IMG/VR virus record: IMGVR_UViG_3300025098_005131 | DNA length: 64,000 bases | Source: a virus | Lineage: Duplodnaviria > Caudoviricetes | Reading direction: 5' to 3' (one strand) | Part shown: positions 48,000-56,523 of the stretch, in pieces | Layout of the letters: each line of letters starts with the position of its first letter | Numbering within the stretch: position 1 is the stretch's first letter | Position numbers and translations under genes: made by a program | The notes under the pieces: generated by a model | Told to the model about the DNA's origin: nothing | The model's input: only the letters and a program-made list of their open reading frames with translations | Databases searched by the model: none

Positions 48000-50900
48000 T
48001 TAACTATTGTCAGATCTTGAAATCTCACACCAATTATTTCCATCATAAATTAATTGGATTGTATCGTCTTCATGGTCTAAATTAAAGCTGGCGTCACCAG
48101 CCAGCTTTATATTACCACCTGTAGACATTATAACTGTACGTCCACTGTCTTGAGCTTGTAGGATTAATGTCATACCTGCAACGCCGCCATTAATAACTCC
48201 CAAACCATCAGTGCTTGCATTGCCTTCTGTATCAACCTTGTGATAAGACTTAGTTACTGTGATCGCGCCAGAGGAAATAGTTAGTTCTGTAGGAGACCCA
48301 AGAATTACTTTGCCGCCAATTGTAAGGTTTGCGTCAGCACTCACTGCCTTAGAGACTGTTAGAGTTCCTGAAATTGTGTGGTCTTCGTTTGCATCACTTA
48401 AGTTTAATTGACCCTTTGAAGTAATATTACCTGTTGCAGAAGATAAAGTTAAGTTTGGCGCGCCACCATTTTTTAATTTAATGTCTGCATTAGCGCCATC
48501 ATAATTAACTACGCCCCCAAAGAAGCTTTCGCCTGCAATGCTAGTACCACCGTCAACTCTTAATATACCGTTTGTTGCAGTTGTACCAGCAGTTGTGCCT
48601 GTAAGATGAACTTGTCCGCCGGCACTTATCTGTAAAGCGTCTGCATCTGATGCAGATCCAATAGCGCCACCATCAGGAATTAATAAAGATCCTCCAACAG
48701 TTACATTATCATTAAATGAAGCTGCACCAGCTGCAGACATATCTAATGTAAGTGCTGTAATTCCGGCTCCACCATCATTGCCTTGGAAAACGATATCTTT
48801 ATCACTAACTAATGACTTAATTGTCAAATTGTCACCAGATAAATCAAAATGACCAACATTAGCAGAGCCATCTTTAAGTATAACTTGTTCACCAGTAACA
48901 TCTAAAACAATGTCGCCGCCTGAAGTTAATGTTAAGTCTGTATTGTCACCTTCAATCTTCTCACCATCTCCAAATACCAAACCTACATTCGCTGGAACGT
49001 GAATATCAGAAGTAGCTGTTAGATTAATTTTTGCACCTGATGCGATAGTAAGATCAGTTCCGTCTCCAGATATTGATTCACCACTATCCGTAACAAACTC
49101 TAATGGCACACCACTTGGCACAACAACAGCAGATGCTGCGGTTAGATTAATATCAGCACCTGAAGTTAATGTTAAGTTTGTATTGTCACCTTCAATCTTC
49201 TCACCAGTTCCAAAAAGAACACCTACGTTTGCAGGAATAACAACGTCTGCGACAGCAGTCAAATTAATATTATTACCAGAAATAGTAAGATCTGTACCAT
49301 CTCCTTCAATCTTCTCTCCATCATTACCAAATGTCAAACCAATTTCTTCAGGAATGTTTATGTCACCACCTACACCTACACTAAATGTAATATCAGTTCC
49401 ATCAGACTCAATCTTTTCTGCTCCTGTACCATCAAGAACTAGACCTACGCCGGCTGGTATAACAACGTCTGTAGTGGCTGTTAGATTAATCTTTCCTCCA
49501 GATGTAACAGTAAGATCTGTATCATCACCTTCAATCTTCTCACCATCCCCAAATACCAAGCCTACATTCGCTGGAACATGAACATCAGAAGTAGCTGTTA
49601 GATTAATCTTTCCTCCAGACGTAACAGTAAGATCTGTATCATCACCTTCAATCTTTTCGCCATCTCCAAATACCAAGCCAACATTTGCAGGAACATGCAC
49701 GTCAGAAGTAGCTGTTAGATTAATTTTTGCACCTGATGCGATAGTAAGATCAGTTCCATCTCCAGATATTTTTTCACCATCATCGCCAAATGTCAAACCA
49801 ATTCCTGATGCTATGTTAACATTTGAAGCAGCACCTAAGTCAATATCTGCTGCTGCTGTTAACTTTAAATTTGAAGATACAATATCAATGTGATTTGCTG
49901 CGCCATCAATTTCTAGCTTTCCAACTTGAACAGGACCTACAGCTACAGTAACATCAGAATCTGCACCAGTCTCTGCTGTTGTGCCTAGAAGAAATTTAGT
50001 ATTATCTTCATCCCAGATAATTGCTGCATTATTTCCAGATGTACCTCTTTCCATGATGAAACCCATATCAGTAGCATTTGCAGCTCCAGATAGCTCTGCT
50101 TGAAGCATGATGATTGCATCTTCAACGTCAAGATTAGTAGTACTTACAGTTGTTGTTGCTCCATTAACTGTAAGATTACCAGGGACAACAACTGTAGATG
50201 ATCCAGCACCTAAAGTCAAGTTATTTGCGCCAACAGAAGAACCAATTGTTAATGCACTAGCAGCGTCAACATCAATAGACGTACCTGTAATTGTTAAATT
50301 ATTCCCTACAGTTACGTTGTTGGATGCATCAAGAGTTAAATTAGCGTTTGTGCCGGCTGTTGATCCGCTACCAATAACTAAAGAATCAGAAAAGTCTTCT
50401 AAAGAAACATGGAAATTATTAATATTTCCATCAAATAACAACATAGTATCTGCTTCTTGAGCATTGCCAATAGTTAACTTAGCGCCAGAAGAAGTTAGTT
50501 TTACATCTGATGTTGATAAGTTCAAGACACCACTTGAAGAAATAGTAAGATCATCTCCATCTCCTTCAATCTTCTCGCCATCATCACCAAATGTCAAACC
50601 AACGTTAGCAGGTAAATTAACATCAGCAGTTGCTGTTAAATTAATATCTGCGCCAGATGTAATTGTCAAGTCTGTATCGTTAGACTCAATCTTTTCTGAC
50701 GCATTAGCATCAAAAACTAGGCCAACATTTGCAGGAAGGTGAACATCAGAAGTAGCGTTAAGATTTAATTTTGCACCTGATGCGATAGTAAGATCAGTAC
50801 CATCTCCTTCAATCTTCTCTCCGTCATCACCAAATGTCAAACCAATTGCTGAAGGAATATTGATATCGCCTCCGGCTCCCACGCTAATTGAAATATCTGT

Positions 50901-51992
50901 ACCGTCAGACTCAATCTTTTCTGCTCCTGTACCATCAAGAACTAGACCCACACCTGATGGTATTACGACATCAGAAGTAGCTGTTAGATTAATCTTTCCT
51001 CCAGATGTAACTGTAAGATCTGTATCGTCACCTTCAATCTTTTCGCCATCTCCAAATACCAAACCTACATTTGCAGGAACGTGCACGTCAGTTGTAGCTG
51101 TTAGGTTAAGCTTATTACTTGAAGAAATAGTAAGATCAGCTCCATCTCCTTCAATCTTCTCTCCGTCATCACCAAACGTTAATCCTACACCACTTGGAAC
51201 GTTAACGTCTGCGGTTGCTGTTAAATTAATGTCAGCCCCAGAAGTAATCGTTAAGTCTGTATCGTTAGACTCAATCTTTTCTGACGCATTAGCATCAAAA
51301 ACTAGACCAACATTTGCAGGAATGTGAACGTCAGTTGTAGCTGTTAGATTAATTTTTTCGCCTGAAGCAATAGTAAGATCAGTTCCGTCTCCAGTGATAT
51401 GCTCTCCTGAAGCTGCAGAACCAAATTCAAGTTTTGCACTCACACCGTCTATAACAACGTCGCCTGCTGAATCTAGTACAATATCACTTGTTCCGCCTGA
51501 AGCAATTTCAATTGCTGCATCATTAGTTGCTGTTAAAGTGCCACCTAACACATCAATATGAGCTGCTGAGCTGTCAATTTCTAGCTTTCCAACTTGAACA
51601 GAACCTACTGCTACAGTCACGTCTGTATCTGCACCAGTCTCTGCTGTTGTTCCCAATAAGAATGTATCTGAACTTTCATCCCAGATAATTGCTGCATTAT
51701 CTCCAGTTGAGCCTCTTTCCATGATAAAGCCCATATCTGTAGCATTTGCTACTCCATCACCTAATTCTGCTTGGAGATGTAGTATTGCATCTTCAACATT
51801 TAAATTTGATGTGCTAATTGTAGTAGTTGTCCCATTAACAGTCAAATTACCTGTTACTACGACGTTAGAGCCGAATGTTGTATCTGATTGTCCTGCAGGA
51901 ATATTAAGGTCTTGCACATGAAGTGTTCCCCATCTAAGTGATGACGTACCTAAATCGTGTCCGCCATCTGAATCTGGTTTTAAAGCTGCCAT
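48000..51992 (-). CDS. Tail fibre / appendage protein with 34-41 aa beta-repeats
   Basis: 1330 aa; 16 KIEGDxTDLTxxSG repeats in two blocks; duplicated NLxVEDA...GFIMERG...AAIIWDE module; N-terminal LKPDSDGGHDLGTSSLRW fibre motif; AAGG RBS. Confidence 0.75.
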   Translation of the reverse strand: MAALKPDSDGGHDLGTSSLRWGTLHVQDLNIPAGQSDTTFGSNVVVTGNLTVNGTTTTISTSNLNVEDAILHLQAELGDGVANATDMGFIMERGSTGDNAAIIWDESSDTFLLGTTAETGADTDVTVAVGSVQVGKLEIDSSAAHIDVLGGTLTATNDAAIEIASGGTSDIVLDSAGDVVIDGVSAKLEFGSAASGEHITGDGTDLTIASGEKINLTATTDVHIPANVGLVFDANASEKIESNDTDLTITSGADINLTATADVNVPSGVGLTFGDDGEKIEGDGADLTISSSNKLNLTATTDVHVPANVGLVFGDGEKIEGDDTDLTVTSGGKINLTATSDVVIPSGVGLVLDGTGAEKIESDGTDISISVGAGGDINIPSAIGLTFGDDGEKIEGDGTDLTIASGAKLNLNATSDVHLPANVGLVFDANASEKIESNDTDLTITSGADINLTATADVNLPANVGLTFGDDGEKIEGDGDDLTISSSGVLNLSTSDVKLTSSGAKLTIGNAQEADTMLLFDGNINNFHVSLEDFSDSLVIGSGSTAGTNANLTLDASNNVTVGNNLTITGTSIDVDAASALTIGSSVGANNLTLGAGSSTVVVPGNLTVNGATTTVSTTNLDVEDAIIMLQAELSGAANATDMGFIMERGTSGNNAAIIWDEDNTKFLLGTTAETGADSDVTVAVGPVQVGKLEIDGAANHIDIVSSNLKLTAAADIDLGAASNVNIASGIGLTFGDDGEKISGDGTDLTIASGAKINLTATSDVHVPANVGLVFGDGEKIEGDDTDLTVTSGGKINLTATSDVHVPANVGLVFGDGEKIEGDDTDLTVTSGGKINLTATTDVVIPAGVGLVLDGTGAEKIESDGTDITFSVGVGGDINIPEEIGLTFGNDGEKIEGDGTDLTISGNNINLTAVADVVIPANVGVLFGTGEKIEGDNTNLTLTSGADINLTAASAVVVPSGVPLEFVTDSGESISGDGTDLTIASGAKINLTATSDIHVPANVGLVFGDGEKIEGDNTDLTLTSGGDIVLDVTGEQVILKDGSANVGHFDLSGDNLTIKSLVSDKDIVFQGNDGGAGITALTLDMSAAGAASFNDNVTVGGSLLIPDGGAIGSASDADALQISAGGQVHLTGTTAGTTATNGILRVDGGTSIAGESFFGGVVNYDGANADIKLKNGGAPNLTLSSATGNITSKGQLNLSDANEDHTISGTLTVSKAVSADANLTIGGKVILGSPTELTISSGAITVTKSYHKVDTEGNASTDGLGVINGGVAGMTLILQAQDSGRTVIMSTGGNIKLAGDASFNLDHEDDTIQLIYDGNNWCEISRSDNS
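48915..49835 (-). repeat. Second block of 8 imperfect 34-41 aa tandem repeats
   Basis: For example KIEGDDTDLTVTSGGKINLTATSDVHVPANVGLVFGDGE, with long identical DNA stretches between units; boundaries approximate. Confidence 0.85.
50515..51405 (-). repeat. First block of 8 imperfect 34-41 aa tandem repeats
   Basis: Units 1-2 are nearly duplicated as units 6-7 (identical DNA aagtctgtatcgttagactcaatcttttctgacgcattagcatcaaaaactag at about 50668 and 51253); boundaries approximate. Confidence 0.85.
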
Positions 51993-52084
51993 AAAATTTT
52001 ACCTTTCTAAATTTAATATGAACTAACCACAGAAATTATAAAAATTATCTCTGTTTCTTTTATTAATTATTACTGTTAATATAT

Positions 52085-52360
52085 TTATTTTTTGTTTGCG
52101 TAAAAAAAACTAGGAATTTCTTTAAAAAAAATATCTACTTTTTCTTTATTTTTCGTAGTATTGACTATTAAATAACCTTCAGCTAACTTGCTTAATAGAA
52201 GTTCAATATTACAAGGAAAAGGTTTTTCACCTTCTTTTTTAACCCAAATGCATTTATTTTTTAATGATTCAGATCTTTTGGAATTAATTCTTACAAGCTC
52301 TTCTTGCGATTTTTTATTCCAAAATTCTTTCATTGATCTGGATATGCTTTCTTTTTTCAC
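52085..52360 (-). CDS. Small basic NUMOD3-like DNA-binding protein (no nuclease domain)
   Basis: GTG start with AAGGA RBS; SISRSMKEFW...RINSKRSESLK resembles NUMOD3 helices, and CIWVKKEG...LSKLAEGY resembles the W-x-x-x-G...G(Y/W) module of homing-endonuclease DNA-binding tails. Confidence 0.5.
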   Translation of the reverse strand: MKKESISRSMKEFWNKKSQEELVRINSKRSESLKNKCIWVKKEGEKPFPCNIELLLSKLAEGYLIVNTTKNKEKVDIFFKEIPSFFYANKK

Positions 52361-52396
52361 TAAATTGATCCTTGTTTTTAGTTTTTAATTTTCATT

Positions 52397-52462
52397 TAAG
52401 ATTATAAGTGTAAATCTTATTTGTTTAAACAAAGATTAATTAATGTTATTAGAAATAAGATT
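52397..52462. promoter_or_regulatory. Palindrome/inverted-repeat cluster with sigma70-like promoter upstream of the 91-aa ORF
   Basis: 14-bp perfect palindrome TTTGTTTAAACAAA (52420-52433); four AAGATT/AATCTT half-sites; minus-strand TTTAAA-N17-TATAAT (52429-52401). Confidence 0.5.
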
Positions 52463-55400
52463 CTAAGGTGTTGTAAATCCTGCGCCTTCAAACTCTAAGT
52501 CACCATTGATATTAACTTTAAAATGTCTATCAGAAGCTGAAGTTACTGTTTCTCCATAGAAAATTATATCTGACTCAAATGGGAAAGAATTATTAAAACC
52601 GCCTAAGTCATAAGCAAACGGGCCAATTTTACCTCTTATAATCGGATTTGAGTCCATTTCAACATCATATATATCGTTTGAATCTTTGTTTGCATCAACC
52701 TTAATTGATGATGCAAATATTCCACCAAATCTTGTTGCTTGTGAAGAAACAAAAGCTTTTACAGATTGTTGTGTAACTAATGCTGTTGCTGAGTCTGAAG
52801 CCATATCGTCTTCGTCTAAGACAGTTATTTCAACAGGCGTAGTAGATAAAGCTTGTGCACCAACAACAACCATAGCTGCCTCAGTAAAATGAGATAACTT
52901 TGCCAATGTAATACCGTCATCTTTAACTCTAACAGTATCAGCATTTATTTCTAATGTAGAATTATCAACTGTAACTGATAGAACACCAGAATTTGCAGCT
53001 AAACCGTCACCAGCTATTGAAGATATTAAGTCACCAATTGATTCTTTTCTAGTTCCGTTACTGTCATTAGCATCAATAATTGCAATGCTGTCATTTGATA
53101 CATCAACTACAGCTGCTGTTAACTCATTTAAGTTTACAGCTAAAGCTGAACCTGACCCACCTGATAAACCATCACCAGCTGCAGCAGATGAAATTCTAAT
53201 TGTATCATTGTCTATTTCTAGTCCAGAACCTTGAGAAACTGCTAAAACTCCATCTGTTGATGTTAATCCTGCTCCTGCTATTGAAGCAATTAAGTCTCCA
53301 ATAGTTTCTCTTTTTGTTGAATTACTGTCGTCTGAATCTGTAAATATAATACTGTCTGTTGCAACATTGACAACAGCTTCAGTTAACTCATTTAAGTCTA
53401 CAGAAATTACACCAGAAGATGCTGATAAACCATTTCCAGCCATAAAGCCAGCTATGTCATCAACAGATTCAAGTTGTTCTGTAGAACCGTCAGAGTCAAG
53501 CATTAAGAATTTGTCACCTGAAGCTACTTGTACATCTGCTATACCAGATAGGTCGACTGAAAGTACTCCATTAGTCGCTGATAATCCTGTTGATACTTTA
53601 TTACCTGCTACAGCAGTAATAACATCTTTTATCAATTCTTGTTTTGATGTGTTGCTGTCATTAGCATCAATAATTGCAATGCTGTCTGCAGAAACATCAA
53701 CTGATGCAGCAGCAAGATTGCTTAGATTCAAAGAAAGAGAAACGTCTCCACCAATAACTGTATCTTCACCACCTGTTACTGTAATTCCCCCATTTGAAGC
53801 ATTAACTATGTCATTAAGTGAAGTCTGTCCTGTACCACCATCGCCTACTGACAATGTTCCTGTAATAGAGCTGGCGTCTAACTTAACAGCAACTTCTCCT
53901 GATTCTATAACCAAGCCACCGTTATCTTTAAGATCTACAGACAATGCTAAAGATCCAGCACCTACTGTTGATTCTAAACCATCACCTGCTGCTAAAGAAG
54001 CAAACACAGGGTCTGCACCAGTACTTCCCATCAATAATTGACCATTAGTACCTACTGCAAGAGGAGTTATAGAATCTGTACCAGAACCTACTAGGACTCC
54101 ATGATCTGTAAGAGTAGAAGCTCCTGTACCACCTTGAGAAACTGAAAGGTCTGTGTCTAAAGATAAACTTGAAGCTTCTAATGCACCTACAACTAAAGCT
54201 GCTGATTCATAGCCTGTACCTGATGTGTCAACTGTTGTTGATGGTTCATCTTGAAGATCTTTGAATAGCTTAAATTTTCCGTCTGAAGCGTCTCTAAATA
54301 AACCTGCATATAAATCTTGATTTCCTGTTGTATCATACAAACCAAAAAATCCGATATCGAGAGTGTCTGAAGCATTGTTTGATTTTGCCAAAGAAATTAA
54401 AGGATCTTCTACATTTAAATTAGTAGTGTTTATTGTAGCAGAAGTGCCATTAATAGTTAGATTTCCTGTTACTATTAAATTTTGATCAACCTGCAAGCTT
54501 CCTTCTGCAGTCAAAGTGCTATTAGCAACTCCTACCGAAGATAAGCTAGATAATGTTGTAATAGAACTATGATTATTGATATATGATGCTACACGTGATA
54601 AAGCTGATTTTTTATTTGTTCCGCCAGCACCGTCATCTATGATTATAAGATCTGCATCTGCAAGAGCAGCTCCTATATCATCGCCGCCATCTATATCTAA
54701 TGCAGTTAAAGAAACCTTGTTTACTGTAGAAATTGTTGCTAATTGTGTATCAACAATACCAGCATTAGCTGCCAATTGTCCTGTTGCAATACCGCTTGCT
54801 GTAATTGTTAATGTATCTGTTCCTGCAGTTGTAGCAAGCGAAATACCACTGCCTGAAGCAATTGTTAATGTATCTGAGGCTGTATCTGCTTCTAAGTCAT
54901 CTTGACCAGCTACACTAACTGTTGAAAAAGAATTTGTTGCGCCTGAAGCACCTGTTACTGCTGACCAACTTAATCCGCCTGAGCCGTCTGTAATTAGAAC
55001 AAAATTTTCTGTACCGTCATTGGTAGGAAGTGTTAAAGTATAACTGGCATCTAAAGCAGCAGGTGACTTTATTGCAACATATTCTGTTCCACTTCCATCT
55101 GCTTCGCCTAACCTTAATTCTTTTTGATTATCAATTAATATATTATCTGTAGAAGTCAAACCAGCAAAAGAAGGACTATCACCAGAACCAAGGCCTAAGC
55201 TATTTCTTACAGTAGCACCACTTTCATATGCAAAAGCGCCTGCACCGGTGGCTACTATAAATTCTCCATCACCTGAAGCTACACCTAATGTGTCTAAATC
55301 CTCTAGCACACCATCAACTGCAACTGTTTCTGCAACACCTTCACCACCAGAAAAAGCAGCAAGACCAGCTCCGGCAGTCAATGATGCTACATAGTCGCCA

Positions 55401-56437
55401 GTTGTATCTGTGCCTAATGCAACGCTATTGTTAATAACCGTAGCTGTTAATGTAACGTCTGTAGATCCATCTATATCAACAGATCCAGATAAATCACCTC
55501 CGAGTGTAAGTGTTCTTGCAGTTGCCCATGAAGCTGCAGTAGTTGCTGAAGTAGCATTTCCTGATAGTGAAGCCGTAATTGTACCTGCTGAAAAATCGCC
55601 ATTTCCATCTCTTATAACTAATTTACTAGCTGTATTGTTGTTTGTTGCATCCGCTAGTTTAGCTCTTTCAGTTACTGTTATAATTGCTCCAGACCCAGCA
55701 TCAGTAACATCACTAAAAGATGTAACGTTTATCCCGCTTAAATTATTATTTGATGCAGAAGTTATTCTACCTTGATCGTCGACTGATATTGTTGGTATTG
55801 CAGTTGCTGATCCGTAATCTCCCGCTGTTAATGTATTGATATTTGATAGTTTTATAGTTACGTCACCAGAAAGACCGTCTCCTCCGCTTAGATCCAAGCC
55901 AGTACCTGTAATTATTCTTGTTATATCACCAGTATTTGTTGTATAACCAAATGACTCAATTCTGTCATTTATTGCAGCTGCCGTCATTAAATTATCGTCA
56001 TTATCAGCAAAAGCTTCGCCACCTATTAAAATTGCTGCATTTGAAAAGTTGGCAACTGTTAGTGTTGTCGGTACTGCTACTTGTCTTACATCATCATTTA
56101 ATTTTTGAATTGCTACCTTAAATGAATCACCTGCTGCAATTGAATCGTCATTTGTTAATACGTTCCCATCGTTTCTTGTAAAACCTGGATTAATACCTCC
56201 GTCTGTAGTGAAGCCTAAGTCCTCTAAAAATGCGCTAGTCATTGCAATAACGAACTGGCCATCATTGTTTGCAGTTATACTTGCTATACCAACGTCATTT
56301 GTAAATAAAGGCAAATTATCATTTACCTTTAACGCATCTGTTGATATACTGGCCACATGAAGTGCTGACCAACGTTGTGTTGAAATTCCTAAGCTGCCTT
56401 CATTATTGCCTCTTGGTACTAAATTTCGAGTTGACAT
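52463..56437 (-). CDS. Long tail fibre / appendage protein
   Basis: 1324 aa, G/A/S/T/D-rich; N-terminal LVPRGNNEGSLGISTQRW; fibre motifs GNATSAT...WATARTLTLGGDLSGSV, LSVSQGGTGA and NLNVEDPLI. Confidence 0.75.
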   Translation of the reverse strand: MSTRNLVPRGNNEGSLGISTQRWSALHVASISTDALKVNDNLPLFTNDVGIASITANNDGQFVIAMTSAFLEDLGFTTDGGINPGFTRNDGNVLTNDDSIAAGDSFKVAIQKLNDDVRQVAVPTTLTVANFSNAAILIGGEAFADNDDNLMTAAAINDRIESFGYTTNTGDITRIITGTGLDLSGGDGLSGDVTIKLSNINTLTAGDYGSATAIPTISVDDQGRITSASNNNLSGINVTSFSDVTDAGSGAIITVTERAKLADATNNNTASKLVIRDGNGDFSAGTITASLSGNATSATTAASWATARTLTLGGDLSGSVDIDGSTDVTLTATVINNSVALGTDTTGDYVASLTAGAGLAAFSGGEGVAETVAVDGVLEDLDTLGVASGDGEFIVATGAGAFAYESGATVRNSLGLGSGDSPSFAGLTSTDNILIDNQKELRLGEADGSGTEYVAIKSPAALDASYTLTLPTNDGTENFVLITDGSGGLSWSAVTGASGATNSFSTVSVAGQDDLEADTASDTLTIASGSGISLATTAGTDTLTITASGIATGQLAANAGIVDTQLATISTVNKVSLTALDIDGGDDIGAALADADLIIIDDGAGGTNKKSALSRVASYINNHSSITTLSSLSSVGVANSTLTAEGSLQVDQNLIVTGNLTINGTSATINTTNLNVEDPLISLAKSNNASDTLDIGFFGLYDTTGNQDLYAGLFRDASDGKFKLFKDLQDEPSTTVDTSGTGYESAALVVGALEASSLSLDTDLSVSQGGTGASTLTDHGVLVGSGTDSITPLAVGTNGQLLMGSTGADPVFASLAAGDGLESTVGAGSLALSVDLKDNGGLVIESGEVAVKLDASSITGTLSVGDGGTGQTSLNDIVNASNGGITVTGGEDTVIGGDVSLSLNLSNLAAASVDVSADSIAIIDANDSNTSKQELIKDVITAVAGNKVSTGLSATNGVLSVDLSGIADVQVASGDKFLMLDSDGSTEQLESVDDIAGFMAGNGLSASSGVISVDLNELTEAVVNVATDSIIFTDSDDSNSTKRETIGDLIASIAGAGLTSTDGVLAVSQGSGLEIDNDTIRISSAAAGDGLSGGSGSALAVNLNELTAAVVDVSNDSIAIIDANDSNGTRKESIGDLISSIAGDGLAANSGVLSVTVDNSTLEINADTVRVKDDGITLAKLSHFTEAAMVVVGAQALSTTPVEITVLDEDDMASDSATALVTQQSVKAFVSSQATRFGGIFASSIKVDANKDSNDIYDVEMDSNPIIRGKIGPFAYDLGGFNNSFPFESDIIFYGETVTSASDRHFKVNINGDLEFEGAGFTTP
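53000..53740 (-). repeat. Four imperfect ~50-aa repeats in the 1324-aa fibre
   Basis: LxVxLxELxxAxVDVxxDSIxIxDxxDSNxTKxExIxDLIxxIAG pattern; boundaries approximate. Confidence 0.7.
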
Positions 56438-56523
56438 ATTATCTTATTCCTAACTTAATTTTATTTCATTAATAACTATTTGTTAGATGACAAAAAAACT
56501 TGTTGTTTTAAATATATTATACA

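Noticed and set aside
48915-51405. CRISPR-like periodic array
   Set aside because: The period is about 102-123 bp of in-frame coding sequence with no unique spacers; it is a protein repeat
48000-51992. Near-identical repeats as DGR template/variable repeat pair
   Set aside because: Differences between copies inspected are mostly synonymous and not confined to adenines, all copies lie inside one ORF, and no reverse transcriptase is present in the window
49183-55775. Plus-strand ORFs (49183-49581, 50107-50460, 50464-50742, 50860-51327, 53367-54041, 54576-54905, 55410-55775)
   Set aside because: Antisense shadows of biased, repetitive fibre codons, with S/P/T/V-rich translations and no supporting context
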